A DNA stretch of 64,000 bases from NCBI GenBank assembly GCA_965213685.1, contig CBDBZY010000018.1:160001-224000 (forward strand), given 5' to 3'. The notes under the pieces were generated by a model that was not told where the DNA came from, did not search any database, and was given only the letters and a program-made list of their open reading frames with translations. Source of the DNA: a bacterium (GTDB taxonomy: Bacteria; UBA8248). The translations under genes were made by a program, and so were the position numbers. This document shows, in pieces, positions 46,230 through 59,790 of this stretch (position 1 is the stretch's first letter; the number at the start of each line of letters is the position of its first letter).

Positions 46230-49200
46230 CTATGTCCCTGCCCCATGCTGTGATGAGCTAGTGAGGTGGTGCCTACCTTCACTCTCTCTCCTCTGCTGTT
46301 CTTCCTCCAACTTGGACCCACTCAGGACATTAGTTAGTGTCCATCCCTCTCCATCTTCACACTCTGCAGTGGAGGCAGAGATACATGTGCAGTTACCTAG
46401 GCAACACTCTTGCCAGTAATTAGTGCAGTACTCCTCCCTCTGCCCACAGAGGAGATCACATTACATCATCTACTCACACCTGACACCCTGTGCATAGTGC
46501 ACTATGTACCCACAGGGAGGACATGCCACAGTCTTGTACATGTACATACCATCTCACCACATCTACTGCTACTGCTGCCCACAGAATCACTCCACAGTGA
46601 GCAGTGTGGCCAGTCCCCCACTCCACTCACTACCACAGTGCCCATCATGCTGCCTACCACACTCACTCCACTCACCAAACTCCAGGACTGTGGTGTCAGA
46701 GAGCAGCGGCCAGTCATTCCATGAGGCATACTTGAAGGGGTTATCGGAGACTCCAGCCACAGCCACCACCAACTTCTTTGTAGGAGTGAGGTGGAGCACT
46801 CCACCACCATGCCAACACCGTGGAGTCAGGGATCCTGGGGGAAGGAGTACCTGTAGGGAGGGGAACAAGAGAACATTCAAATGTACAGCAGTCCACACAA
46901 TTGTCTGCTACTCCACTGCTTACTGTTGGCTGTCAGTGGAAGTGTGTTGTGTATTATCTCAAAGGCTGCACATCACCTCCTACACACCCACTGCCTTCAC
47001 TGCTGTCCAGTAATGGAGCAGCCCATTCCTCACTACTCTCTCCCTCTCCATACCACACAACTCTACATCACATGACTTCTCTACATGCACTGCACACACT
47101 GCCATATGCTGTCCACATGCCAACCTCTATCCACTCACATGCCACACCTACTCACCTGGGTTGGCTGCACAGGACAATACCACACACACCACAACACACC
47201 ATCACTACTGGTATAGGGGCAGGCTTACAAGGGGAAGTGTTCAGCTGAGCACTAGCCACACATGCAGTGTGAAGGTCATTGCCACACAACAGCACCACTA
47301 AGGGGACATCAACACACTCACTGCCTCATGAGCTCACAGCTCACTCACCTCCTCCCACTGGATGGCATTAATATTGAAGAGCCACACATCTCCCAGTGGC
47401 TCGCTTGCATTGGTCAGACCTCCCACCATCACCATACATGGATGTGGTGGGTCTCTGTCTGGATCCCACAGACTGTAGGCTGTGTGGGTCTGCCTCTCCT
47501 CAGGCCATGGCTGGCCTGTCTGAGGTAGCACTGGTCCAGTCCAGTGCTGGAGAGGGAGAACAATTTGAAAACACTTTGAGAACATGTAATCCACTCACAT
47601 ATGCACATGGTCCAGCTCAGTAAGGCACCCTCCCCTCTCTACACTGCCTGTGTGGACTCACACTACTAGCTAGCCACACATGCCAGCCCATGTACATGGA
47701 ACATGTACCTGCAAACCTCTTCTCCCATGCACACTAACTGGCATGTACACTGTACATACATGTACACTGTATGTAGTCTACATGTAGATTCTGTCTCATC
47801 ATGATAAGAGCAACATCTTGTCCACTACTCTATCAGTTACTATGCATGTACACGCCACTATTGGGTCCCACCAGAGACAATATATTACTGTATGTATGCC
47901 CATATTCACGTGTGTATGCTCATATTCATGTACATGTGTGTGCATGTGATTGTGTCTTGTGCAGGGGACAGTGTCTCCTGTAGCACTGCTCTACATGTAT
48001 GTACTGCCAGACCTGCCACTCCTCATTCCAACTCACAGGCCATGCTCCCCTCTCTACACTGGCTCATGGCTGATGACTGAACACACACTCTCTTCCCTGC
48101 ACTGACTCATACCAGGTATCTAGGCCCACACTAGCCTCTCATCACATCATCGAAATCATATTACACTGATAGATAAATGTACGCACATGGAGAAGGCACT
48201 AATTATGTGTTTTATTGTTCAAACAACTGAACTACGCAGGCAGTAGGCCACAGGTGATCTCAGACAGTACATTATTAATTAGGTACAACTATATCTCAGC
48301 CACTCACCCATGCCACAGTGTCCAGGATGAACACTGCATTTGTGAGCCTCTTCCTCTCCCCATCCCACCCACCAAACCACACGACTCTCCTCCTGTCCAC
48401 TCTAGTGAGGGTCATGCCACCAGATGGAGGAGGAGTCCTACCAGTGGTGGGTGGAGTGGACCACTGACCTGGAGGGGGAGGGAGGGAGTGGTCTGGGACT
48501 AGCCATACCCACTGACCTGGGGACACTGATCACATGATCCACCAACACCCACCAGGTAAGGCACAAGGCACTCTGCTCCTCACAACCATCTACACCACTA
48601 CATACTGACATGTACTAGTCAACATGTGAGGAGCTCTGCAATGCTCTCACTGTACTTGCTCTATTTGATTCTTTTACCATAAAATCGAACTCTGTTGCTG
48701 TTGGGGTAGGCGAATGGGAAATATGTAAACAATTAACTTCTTATTCACAGACTGTAGTGGTATTGTGGGCATGGGAGTGAATATAGTTCATAGTTGACAC
48801 AGAAGAGGTGCCTGGCTCTGCAATGCTCTGACTGTACTTCATTTGAATATTTTACTATGAAATATTTTGTTGGGGCCAATGGGAACTATCTCAAATAAGT
48901 AAACATTGAAACTTCCTGTTTATCATAGACAGTGGTGTAGTGGTATTGTGGGCATGGGAATGAATACAATTCATAGTTGACACAGAAGAGGTGCCTGGCT
49001 GACTGTCCAAACATGAGCATGCCAGGCTGATTGCCTGACATGATACAGGTACATACATGTACATAGCAGAGGGTGAGGGATGTGACTTGTGTAGAGCAGC
49101 ATACATAGTCACATCATTTGCATGCCCACCTCATGTGGTGAGAGGTAGCATGTCTGTGCATATATGTATGCTAGAATAACTGACATGGTTACCATGTACA

Positions 49201-52200
49201 CAGGAGGAGAGAGTGCTTCCTTATTAGGAAGCATACTATCACCATGCCTGGCCAGGCTGTGTGGGTGTTTCCCAACTGTTTATGATGGGGCACAGAGACC
49301 ACCTCCACCCTAACTAACAGCTCCTCCTCAAACAGCCACTGCTAGAGAGGCAGCACTGCAGCACAGAAGAGACAGCCTAGCATCAAACATTACTAACTAG
49401 AGGAGTGGTGCAGCCGAGGAGGGCCTTGGAAACAAGAGAGACATGTCTACAGCAGATGAGCTCATATCAGCTCCCACAACTGCTCCTGAGACTGCACTGG
49501 AGGGAGAAGCTCGGCTGCAGTAGAGAGACATGTCATTATATTTGCTGCAGTGGCTTGTTTGCTATAGAGAGAAAGGTTAGTCTTGAGACAGTTGCTCTAG
49601 AGAGATATATATTAGACAAGAGGGACCTGCAGCTACACTATCTAGTTATAATCAACATGCTGTTTAATTAACTCTTAGTAGCAACTGCCTGGCATGAGAG
49701 ATTGCTGGCTGATAATACTAGACAGACAAAAATCCACAACAGCAATGCATGTGTGTACACACAGGGTGTATGCATGGCTCAGCACCATGCTTAGAAACAC
49801 AGAAATCAATAGCATAAGAGTAGCATATAAAGATATTAATAGTACCTAAACTAGGGCATTGTGTACCCATTCACCTTCCTATTTAAGTCAATCACTGCTT
49901 TGTTATCATTATGAAAATGGAATCAATCTAGTACACGAATGGCTTATAATTAGTAGCCTAATAGTAGGTGAAGTGGTGAGAGGAGGTTGGGAAAAGGCCT
50001 GGTTGTGAAGTGCTGTAGTTATCTGTGCCTGCTCTTGTGTCTTCACTCTCCTTTTAAACAGCATGTTAACTTTCAACTCGCAGTTTTAACACTGTGCACC
50101 ACTGCTATATATCTGAACTTTGTACCCACCGTCTTATGGGATCAGTGGGTTACATGTGCAGGATTTTGAGTTTGCCAGGGGAGGGACACCAAAGCACATC
50201 CCCAGCATGGGAGACTAGGAATGTGACCTCAATAAAACATACACACTCCATAGGTGTGGGAACCGGGGGGGGGGGGGGGAGAGGGTGCTATAGCCCACTT
50301 TTTACAGGAGGAAGTGAATAGGTCCACACCATCAGCCCAACTGATGAGAGACGTGTCTGGAGGCAGTGCGGTGAGGTTATTATCACGATTGCCGGCGTTG
50401 CATAGCAGTCTAGCTCAACCCGCTCATGCTATGTTAAGCGTATGGGCCCCACCCCATGGGACTCCTTCCCAGACTGTATGTAACCCTGGGAACGAGACAC
50501 AGGCACACCTTTCTATTAAAATTGCATAAGTGTGAATACCACTAATACTTATATAAGATGGTCTACTCAGTTGAGCACCCACTTATAAACATCTTCCTAC
50601 ACCTATGCACTCTGAGAATAATTTGAGAGACATTCTCTGAATACTTGCAGCCACTTTATGGGGGAGGGGACGTAGTCACACATAATATGGTACACATTTT
50701 GGATAGCCAAGGAAAGGTCCTTGATCTGCAGCACATGACCTCATGTACACAATGACATGCTTTGAACAATATTTAATGGTCCGCAAAGTTAGACATCTCT
50801 ATGTGCACTGAGTTTGTAGAGACACATTATATATAATTGCTTAAAAATAGATTGGCCTCTGAGACAATAGACAGGAGAGAGGTCCAGCTATGCAGTCCAG
50901 TTAGAGGTGACAGCAACTCCTCAGCATGAGAGATTGCTCAGTGATAGTACTAGACAGAGGGAGCTGCAGAAAGTCATAGCTACAAGAAGCTCAGGTGCAG
51001 TAGAGAAACGGATTGCTTTGAGGCTGTTACTTAATGGCCTTTGAGACAGTAGAGACAGTAGAGAATGGAGAGGTCCAGCTGTGCAGTCCAGTTAGAGTTA
51101 AGAGCAACTCCTCAGCATGAGATATATCTCACTGACAGTACCAGACAGAGGGAGTTGCAGAAAGCCATAACTACAGTGCATGTGTACATGTACATAAGGG
51201 GTAACTCAAAGTTTGCCATTCATATGGAGGGCACACTCCCACTAGGGGGTCTGGGAGAATGCCACTGAGTGAATTATTGAAGTACAGACACTCTCAGATG
51301 GATTCTGAGGCATTCTGCAAGTAGTCATAGCCATTCCCATTATTTTGTTGGGGAGGGGGAGGGATGAAGTTGCTTTCTTGTGGGAGGGGGTGATATTCTA
51401 GGCCTTTTCCTCCCCCTGCATGAACCCCTGCTGAGTTTGCAACACAACTGTACCCCATACACATGGCCACATGTACAATCATGCATACCTTACTGCACCT
51501 AACGATATCCTAAAATTTGAGGTACATAGGAGAGGGCAAAGAAAAGGTATAACTGATCTGAAGCACATGACCACACTTATGCATATTACATGATGCATTA
51601 CTGGTAATTGGTTTCTAATCCTCAAGTACACATACTTTGAGTAAGCGTGTCATGCTCTGGCAGCAATCAGTTGTTTCTATCTGCACTGTGTTTGTGGTCT
51701 GTGTCTGGTGTTATTACATGAGGCCATATGTAGAGGTCAGCTCATACATGCAGTGGACCAGTTGTAACCTCATGCACAGCATGTGAGGTAGAGTAAAGGT
51801 ACTGACAGTCCATGCACACACCTGACTCAGAGTTGCAGTACAGGAGCTGATTGGTGTATCCTCGACCTTCACTGTTCCCTGGAAGAGGAATGAAGCCTGT
51901 CATTGGTTGGGGGGTGAGACGTTCTGCGTACCCTCCAGCAGTGAGTAGATGTCCATTAGGCAGTGAGACTAGGCCAGCGCGCACAGTACGTAGCATTTTG
52001 CCAGTGCTGACATTTCTCCTCCATACAAAGTTTTGGGAGTTGAAAACAGAGAGCTCATTGCAGAAGCTTGTGTCTCCAGAGCGGCCGCCCATGAAGTACA
52101 CGTTTGTGTGGTACGAGGTGACTGCAGCACCTTGGATCCACGATGGCAGCTCACCAGATGTCGGATATTTCTTCCATGATAAGGTCACACCATCAAACAT

Positions 52201-52356
52201 CTCCACTTCTCGTGGTAGCGTGAACATGCTTTTGTGCTGGAATGACTTAAGCATGCCCCTAAACATCCAGAGTTGTGAGCCAATTGAAAATGTTGGTACA
52301 TCAAAACGTTCTTCAGGATGGTATGAGCCAGTTGGCTGTGCAGGAGGCTCAGCCAT
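46230..52356 (-). CDS. Kelch-repeat protein, paralog B, ~400 aa. Coding exons 52356-51822, 48468-48308, 47546-47349, 46850-46676, 46363-46230; 3' end uncertain
   Basis: Exon lengths 535/161/198/175 versus 535/158/198/175 in copy A, identical splice sites, open frame throughout, Kelch motifs. Confidence 0.85.
50249..50607. mobile_element. Same MITE at the homologous site in Kelch B intron
   Basis: Same TIRs and CACTC duplication as 5200-5576. Confidence 0.7.
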
Positions 52357-53469
52357 GGCTGGATCTGGGGAGAGGGGGGAGGGGGAGATAGCCACTGAGT
52401 GAAGTTTCAATACACATCTGTAGAAGTACACATGTATATGTGAACATCTTTCAGGTCTGATTTGAGACAGTGAAACAAGATATGCGCAGTGGGGGAAATC
52501 CCATGATGTATTGTACTATGAGCTAATCCCATCATGTGATGGATTTCATGGCTGCACACAAGGACATTCTGGAGCCATCTCATGCTGCTTGATGTCTGAC
52601 CTTTATCGCTCTATGCAAATGCTAGACATGTAACTCAAACGTTGAAGTTACCATGAAGATACTATGTATACACTGTCCGCAGACCACTACAGTTGCTGAC
52701 ATGAGGAATGAGGAGCAGGAGTTTTGTGCAGTGGGTGGAGACCTGATGCAGCAATGAGTGAAATGCCATGCACATTGAAGGAATGTCAGCGCATAATGAT
52801 AGCGAGACCTGGTATGTAGGGGTGGGAGTATGGAGCAAGGAATGGTGCACTAACAGTAGCGGGTTCAAGCGGTAGAAACGTGTCATTTATTAGAAACCAA
52901 GTCAAGGGGCGATGGCTACTCTGAGCGTTATAGTCCTACTGTTAGGGGAGAGGCTTGCTATGGTACACAGAGGGATGTATTCTGAGCCAAAGACTGTCCG
53001 CTGAGCAGGGCAAAGGTTAGGGCCGCGCTTGTATATGTGAGAAAGCAAGTGACGCTCGGACTGCATGGCAACGGGGAAAGGATGCTCGGATCATCCGATG
53101 TGTGACGGGACAAGGACTGAGAGCTAGGCTTCAGACAACTCTAGTCCTACCATGCAATCACAAGAGTGACAAAATGTCTAAAGGCTCTTGCCACTTGTTC
53201 CCACAGAGACACACATTGTGGCTTCGCGATCGCTGCCGGCCGCAGCGCTTATGATGTATGCAAAGGTAGGCGGAGATCTATACTCCGCGCAACTTCTAAG
53301 CCTTTGGCCGTAAACTTATTATGGCTCACTCTTTTCTGGGTTCTCCTAGCCAGTTGAATGCTCCCTTTGTTTTATCTTGCACAGCGAGGTTCACTCCGAT
53401 CTGCCCCACCCTTTGCTCGATAGTTTCCTCTTAGTATACGGATATACGCGACGTTGAGTCTCATGCAAA

Positions 53470-53478
53470 ACCGGAAGT
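53470..53478. promoter_or_regulatory. ETS/GABP-type motif ACCGGAAGT in the putative promoter of Kelch paralog B
   Basis: Homologous to 7636-7644. Confidence 0.45.
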
Positions 53479-54339
53479 TCAGTGGGAAATATTGTTCAGC
53501 TCACATGAGGGCGACAAGCCAGCAATTCGAAGGCGCCAGCAAAACGCTGTGTTTCTGAAGAAAATATTGAGCTATGGCGTCCAAGACTGTCACTTTCTAC
53601 TGTCTCTCTACTGTATGCCTCGATCTGTTGTCTTTTATTCATTTGTCGTATGTTTGCTGGTTTGCGAACATGGAAGCGTCGATCCTAGTCGTTTTTTTTC
53701 CAGCACTTTTGACGGCTATTGTTTTTACGTCAGCTCTCGCTTGTTTAGATGCTCCAGATTCCCCCCCCCCCCACACACACACACTCACACACTCACACGC
53801 ATGCACATTTTCGCCATCCACGCCTACTAAAGAGACACGTGAGTTACTCAGTACACGAATCAGGCGGAAAGTATTCGCAGCGCCTAGTGTAGCTCGCCTC
53901 CTATCAAGAATACTATTGCTAAGCATAAGTATTCTAGCTATTTGCCTTGAGCGAGCCAAACGTATTTTCCGTGTACGCACGCGCTCGAGACTATAATTTT
54001 TGACGTTGCGTGCTCGTGTTAGCAATGGTTTGCCATAATAAGAGTCAGGCCCCTTGTATGAACTACATTCCGACTCTTCTGCATAATTATTATTATAGGC
54101 TGTCACTTTCAGGTCTGATTTTTCTTTCCAAATATACTTTTGTTTCATGCATATTTCTAGTATGACCTAGGTGAATAAAGTGGCATGTGAGAGGGGTATA
54201 GCTATGACAACAAAGAGTCGGTACAGCGTAGTACATAGGAAAATGACACAGACCACTTTGGAATACACATCAGACTTGTTCTCAAGCCATCTACTATGCA
54301 CCCAAGAAGCTCAAAACCTTGTTGTAGAATGATATGAAG

Positions 54340-56497
54340 ATATGCTCATGCAGACTTTCTTCTTGCACAGCAACTACTTTTTGAAGTAGACTGGGACAGG
54401 ATCATTACAGATGATGTTGACTCCTCATGGCTGAATTGGCAATTCAAATTCCTTGAAATAATGGAGATCTGCATCCCCAAAAAAGTACTTCCCTCTAAAC
54501 ACCGCAACATTCCATGGCTAACCAAGAGAATTGTGCAGGCAATGTGCCGAAAAAATGCTCTATTTAAACGGGCCATGAGAAGTAGAGCTGATTCTGACTA
54601 TGCCAAATACCGTGAAGCAAGGAATAATGTTGTGAGTAGTCTCAGATCTGCCAAGAGTGCCTACTTTCATAAACCATCTAATTCTAAGAAGTTTTGGCAA
54701 GCAGTGAAGTGTCTCAACAAGAACTGCTCTTCTATCCCCACCCTGACACATAACAACATACGTTATGAGTCAGATGAAGACAAAGCTGCTGTTCTCAACT
54801 CACATTTTATCAGTTGCTTCAACAATACTGTTGAACCATTACAAGTACCAGATGAAGAAACATACATTTCTCACCAAGTCCCTGTGGATCTGTCCAACAT
54901 TTTGTGCAGTGAAGAGGATGTTGAAGCAATGCTTCATTCACTTGACACTACTAAGGCAAATGGCAAGGATGGAATTTCAGCTCGAATGCTCAAGGAAACT
55001 GCTGCTGTAATTGCTCCTTCAATAACAAAACTGTTTAAATTATCTATCCAACTCTGTCGTATACCTCATGCCTGGAAAGATGCAATTGTTATGCCTATTC
55101 CTAAAAAGCAGGGTGCCAAGACCCCCACAGAATTTAGACCAATATCCTTGCTCCCAATTCTAAGCAAGGTCCTTGAGAGACACTTCTATTTGCTAATCTC
55201 AGAGCACATAAGTGACCACTCTCCCCTTTCTACCTGCCAATTCGGCTTTCAATCTGGGAAGTCTACCATTTCTGCCTTACTGTCAGTGACACAGGACTGG
55301 TTCAGACAGCTGGAGAAGAGACAAGAGATAGGGGCAGTATTTTTTGATTTTAAAAAAAGCTTTTGACTCTGTTCCACATCTCCCACTGGTTGATAAGCTT
55401 TATAAACTTGAACTTCATCGTTATATCATTAAATGGGTTCATCACTATTTAGCTGACAGAAAACAGAGTGTGGTGGTGAATGGAGCATCATCAAACCTAT
55501 TAAGAGTTACATCTGGTGTGCCCCAAGGATCCATCTTAGGTCCACTACTCTTCCTCATTTACATTGACGATATTGCACACATCTCATTATCTGAGGGATC
55601 TAAACTGGTTCTGTATGCTGATGACATTCTCCTGTACCACCCCACTTCATCGCCATGGGACTATGAATTACTCCAATGTGATGTAGATGTTGTGCAGGCC
55701 TATGCTTCTACTCAACATATGACCCTCAATACAACCAAGTGCATACTCATGTTGGTGTCTCGAAAGAATAGGCCCAGCATTCCAAGTGTCACCATCTCTC
55801 TCTACGGAGTACCACTTGAGAACATCACCACTTTCAAGTACTTAGGTGTACTGCTGTCTTCTGGTCAAGTCACATACAAAAAAACTTGTTCAAAGGCAAG
55901 ACAGCTATTGGGACTCCTTTATAGGAGATTTTATAGACATTCAAGTGAACAAACTCTACGTCAACTCTACATTTCGGTAGTACTTCCACATTTGGAGTAT
56001 GGTTTATCCGTGTGGTCTCCCCATCTGCAAAAGGATGTCGCTATGTTGGAAAAAACTCAACATTTTGCTTGTAAAATATGCACAAAACTATGGGATTCCA
56101 ACTACTATGAGCTCCTTGACCGACTTCGAATTCCAACCCTAGCTAATCGCAGGCTGCACACTGACCTGTGTTTGCTGTATAAGATCGTCTATGGAATAAT
56201 ATACTTTCCACCTGATAATAATCCTTCCTAGTGCCAGGGTCACACACAGTACTCACTGTCACTTACTTCACCAGCCATTTGCACATACAGATGCCTACCT
56301 TAATTCTTTTGTTCCTAGGTCTATATCTTTGTGGAACTCATTACCTAACTCTGTTGTATCATTATCCTCTTTCACTAGATTTCAATGTACTTTATCATTA
56401 TATACCTTATAGGGTACACATTCTCATTAGCTCCTGCTACTCTGTGTATCCATGCTCTACAACTAAATTGTCATAGAAATTGTCATAGAAAAAAAAA
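54340..56497 (+). mobile_element. 5'-truncated CR1-group LINE (element 2), RT region with frameshifts
   Basis: FRPISLL, FFDFKKAFDSV (frameshift in A7 run ~55351), GVPQGSILGP, LYADD, FKYLGV; tail (AAATTGTCATAG)2 + A9. Confidence 0.92.
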
Positions 56498-56539
56498 GTA
56501 ATGCAGAAAAAAGACAACGTGTACTGCAATTATTTAATG

Positions 56540-59500
56540 AGTATAATAATAATAATAACAATAAACAAAGGGATACAAAGATAGCCTTAAGCTAATACTA
56601 TGTATACCCTATGACAAAATGTTTACATAGACAACGTTTAAAAGTAGAGATGGAGTTACAACATGGAAGGGAGGCGGGCAGTTCATTCCACATACGTACT
56701 GATTGGGGGAAAAAAGAAGAGAGGTATTGGCAAGTATGCCCACTAAGAAAATGCAAATGATGGCTATGTGATGCACGAGTTGAAGAGTACATTTGACGTT
56801 GCACAAGTGGTGGTTCTGTAAAGTAGGTCATGTTGTAATATACTTATAGAGCAAAACGAGTTTCATTCTCTTGCGTCTCACTTGTAGAGTATGCAGTAAC
56901 TCTTCATAGCTCCAGTGCCATTGCTTTGTGCATACTTTTGCCGCAAATTTTTGCACCTTCTCCAGCAGCTGAATATCTTTTTGCAAGAAAGGGTCCCACA
57001 CAGTGCATGCATACTCCAAATGTGGATGAATTAGCAAGAGATAGAGATGCTTCATAGTGTTTGTGTCAGCATACTGGTAGAATTGCCTGTACACTAGTCC
57101 AACAAGTCGTCGAGCTCTTTGACTGACAAGCTGAACATGTCTACTCCACATGAGGTCACTGGTGAGGTTAATGCCAAGATATGTGATGGTATTACACTCC
57201 TGTATGTGGTGACCATTCAGTAAGAGAGTTGGAAGGATGCATCTCTTTCTTTTTCTTGACACCACCATATAGGCTTACACTTCTGTTCATTGAAAGTGAG
57301 ATGGTTTGAATTGCACCAGGCACTAAGGGAGTCAATGTCTTCTTGCAGGAATTTGTAATTGTTTCCAGAGGTGACTGGCCGATACAAAAGGATGCCATCA
57401 GCATAGAGAAGCAGTTTACTCTCATGTGAGAGATTGACAGAGTTAATGTCACTCATGAAAACGATAAACAGTAAAGGACCCAAGACTGATCCTTGAGGAA
57501 CTCCTGATGTAATGGGCAGACTATGTGAAATATAGCCATTTAGAACAGTACGTTGTTTCCTGTCTGTAAGGTAGTCAGATATCTAGGCTATAAGAAATGG
57601 ATCAAGGTTGATATCAACCAGTTTTTGTAAAAGACGTTAATGTGGTACTGAATCAAAGGCCTTTTTAATATCAAAAAAGATAGCAGCAACTTCATTTCCC
57701 TCTTCTAGTTGTGTCAACCAGTCATCTGTAACTTTTATAAAGGCACTAGTAGTTGACCTTTGTGGCAGAAATCCCCATTGGTTTGATGGAGTGGGCAAAG
57801 AGACTCAAGATTTTTAGCAACTCTGTTATAAATAATTTTTCTCCAACACTTTACTCACAACTGAGAGCAAAGATATGGGTCTGTAGTTGGAGGGTGAAGT
57901 ACTGTTGGACCCTTTGGGGATTGGCACTATATTTGAGATCTTCCAAACTGATGGGATTTTTTCATGCTTAATCATCTTGTTAAAGAGTCCAGCAAGTATT
58001 GCGGAAATACTCCCAACTGTGCCTTTCAGAATTTGAACAGAGATTTGGTCAGGACCTGAGGCTTTAGACACATCCAGTCTCCAAATAATGTCCATGACTT
58101 CCTCTTCATTACACATGAGGTACTCAGGACAAGTGTTTGTGTCATGGTGGAATCGTACAGGGTCAGAGCTAAGAGGGGGTAATGCTGAATTAAAGCAGCT
58201 ACAGAAAAACTGGTTGAGAATGTTTGCCTTGTCTTCATTAGAGGTAATGGGCTTCCCATCGTCATATAATACTGGAATTGATGAAGTAGTTTTGCCTCTC
58301 AGTAGCTTTATAGTTTTCCAAAAAGCCTTGGTGTTTGTAGGTCTAACATTCTGCACAAAATGTTCTTGTTAAAATGCAGCATACTTATAACTTCATTTCG
58401 CAGCTTTCTATACTTTGGAAGATACGAAGTGTTTGTCTTTGACTTCTTCCAGTAATAGTTTCGGATTTTCATTTTCCGTCTTATTGATTTTGTGACCCAT
58501 GGAAGGCTTCTGTTGTTTTGAATAGTGCTTTGAGGTATACACTCTTCAAGAATGGACATGAACTTCTCATACCAGAGATGCCATAGATCATCAATGTTAC
58601 CAGATGAACATTGCAATAATATATCCCAGTTGACAGCATCAATGAGTTCACAGGCTCTATCAAAGTCTGCTTGAGAATAGTTCCAACATTTCCTAGGCAG
58701 AACTCTACTGGGAAATTTTTTCTTCTGATAGTAAGACACAGTCCACTGTGGTCAGAGTTTGAAAGTGGTGGAATGACACAGCATGACTGCAGTAAGCTTG
58801 GATTAGATAGAAGTGCCAGGTCAATCATACTTGCTTTTCCAGAAACACAAACCCGAGTGGGTTCCTGTACAACTTGAGTCAGATAATAACTGTTGAGTAT
58901 AGTTCACAAAGAGTGATACAAAGGAGAAGACGAGTCAAGATAATCTACATTAAAATCCCCTATCAATACAAAATTTGAGAAATGAACTTGATGCAAAAAT
59001 AAAGAAAGACTATGTAGATCTGCGTAAACAGAAACAGGAGGAACATACAGAACACACGCACACCACAAGCTGTGAGTGACCATGAAGCAATTTTACATCT
59101 AGGAGCTCCAGATTTTCAGGACCATTGTACACAACGCAGAAGGAGAGATTATCCCTAATATAAAGCATAACACCACCACCATGTCTGTCCCTATCTCGTC
59201 TAACCAGAGTATAGCCATTGATTCTGAGTTCTGAGTCAGATATGTAGTACAAAGCACTGAGAGTCACAAGCTTTTTCAAGGAATTAGGAGCTACTTTAGC
59301 AGTGCCAGAAGCTACTACCGGTCTAAAAAGGACTGCATTTCACTGGAAGGCATGGAAGAGTCTTTGTCGGAAGCAACAGCTAATTCACCAGCAAGAGCTG
59401 ATGTCGAGGTTTCATGAGCTGTAGTAGGAGCAATACTTGACATCTTATCACAAACAGGGTCATGCAAGAATAGGAGATATGTTGCCATTGTGCTGCATAC

Positions 59501-59790
59501 TGATACGTGTAAATGAGCCATTTGTGTCATCATTCTCCAAGACCACCACTGCAGGTGATAAAGTGCCATCCACCAGAGAGCTGTTGCTAGGGGGGTGCAC
59601 TGAAGTTGCAACTGCTGCATCTGATGGTCTTGTGCAGTGTTCAATGCGCCAACCTGTTTGCAGGCTGACCTTCTCCCAATCCTTTTCCAGTGCAAGCAAG
59701 GTGCTTTCATCAGCATGCAGTATGAACCACCGCTTAGGCTTTCCAGAAGAGGAAATTGCAAATTTTCTGTTTACTTTCAAAGGGGTACTT
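56540..59790 (-). mobile_element. Decayed CR1-group LINE (element 3): 3' part of ORF1, APE and RT
   Basis: ORF1 remnant KPKRWFILHADE..L...W..V..QTGW is homologous to element-1 ORF1. DRDRHGGGV, SDHSG, YRPISLL, YADG, YLGI; many stops and frameshifts; (ATT)n tail; tail-to-tail with element 2. Confidence 0.9.

Noticed and set aside
53574-54148. 140- and 169-aa antiparallel ORFs
   Set aside because: They overlap a CpG-rich imperfect hairpin (~53850-53990) and a CA tract; likely a repeat remnant, with no protein motif.
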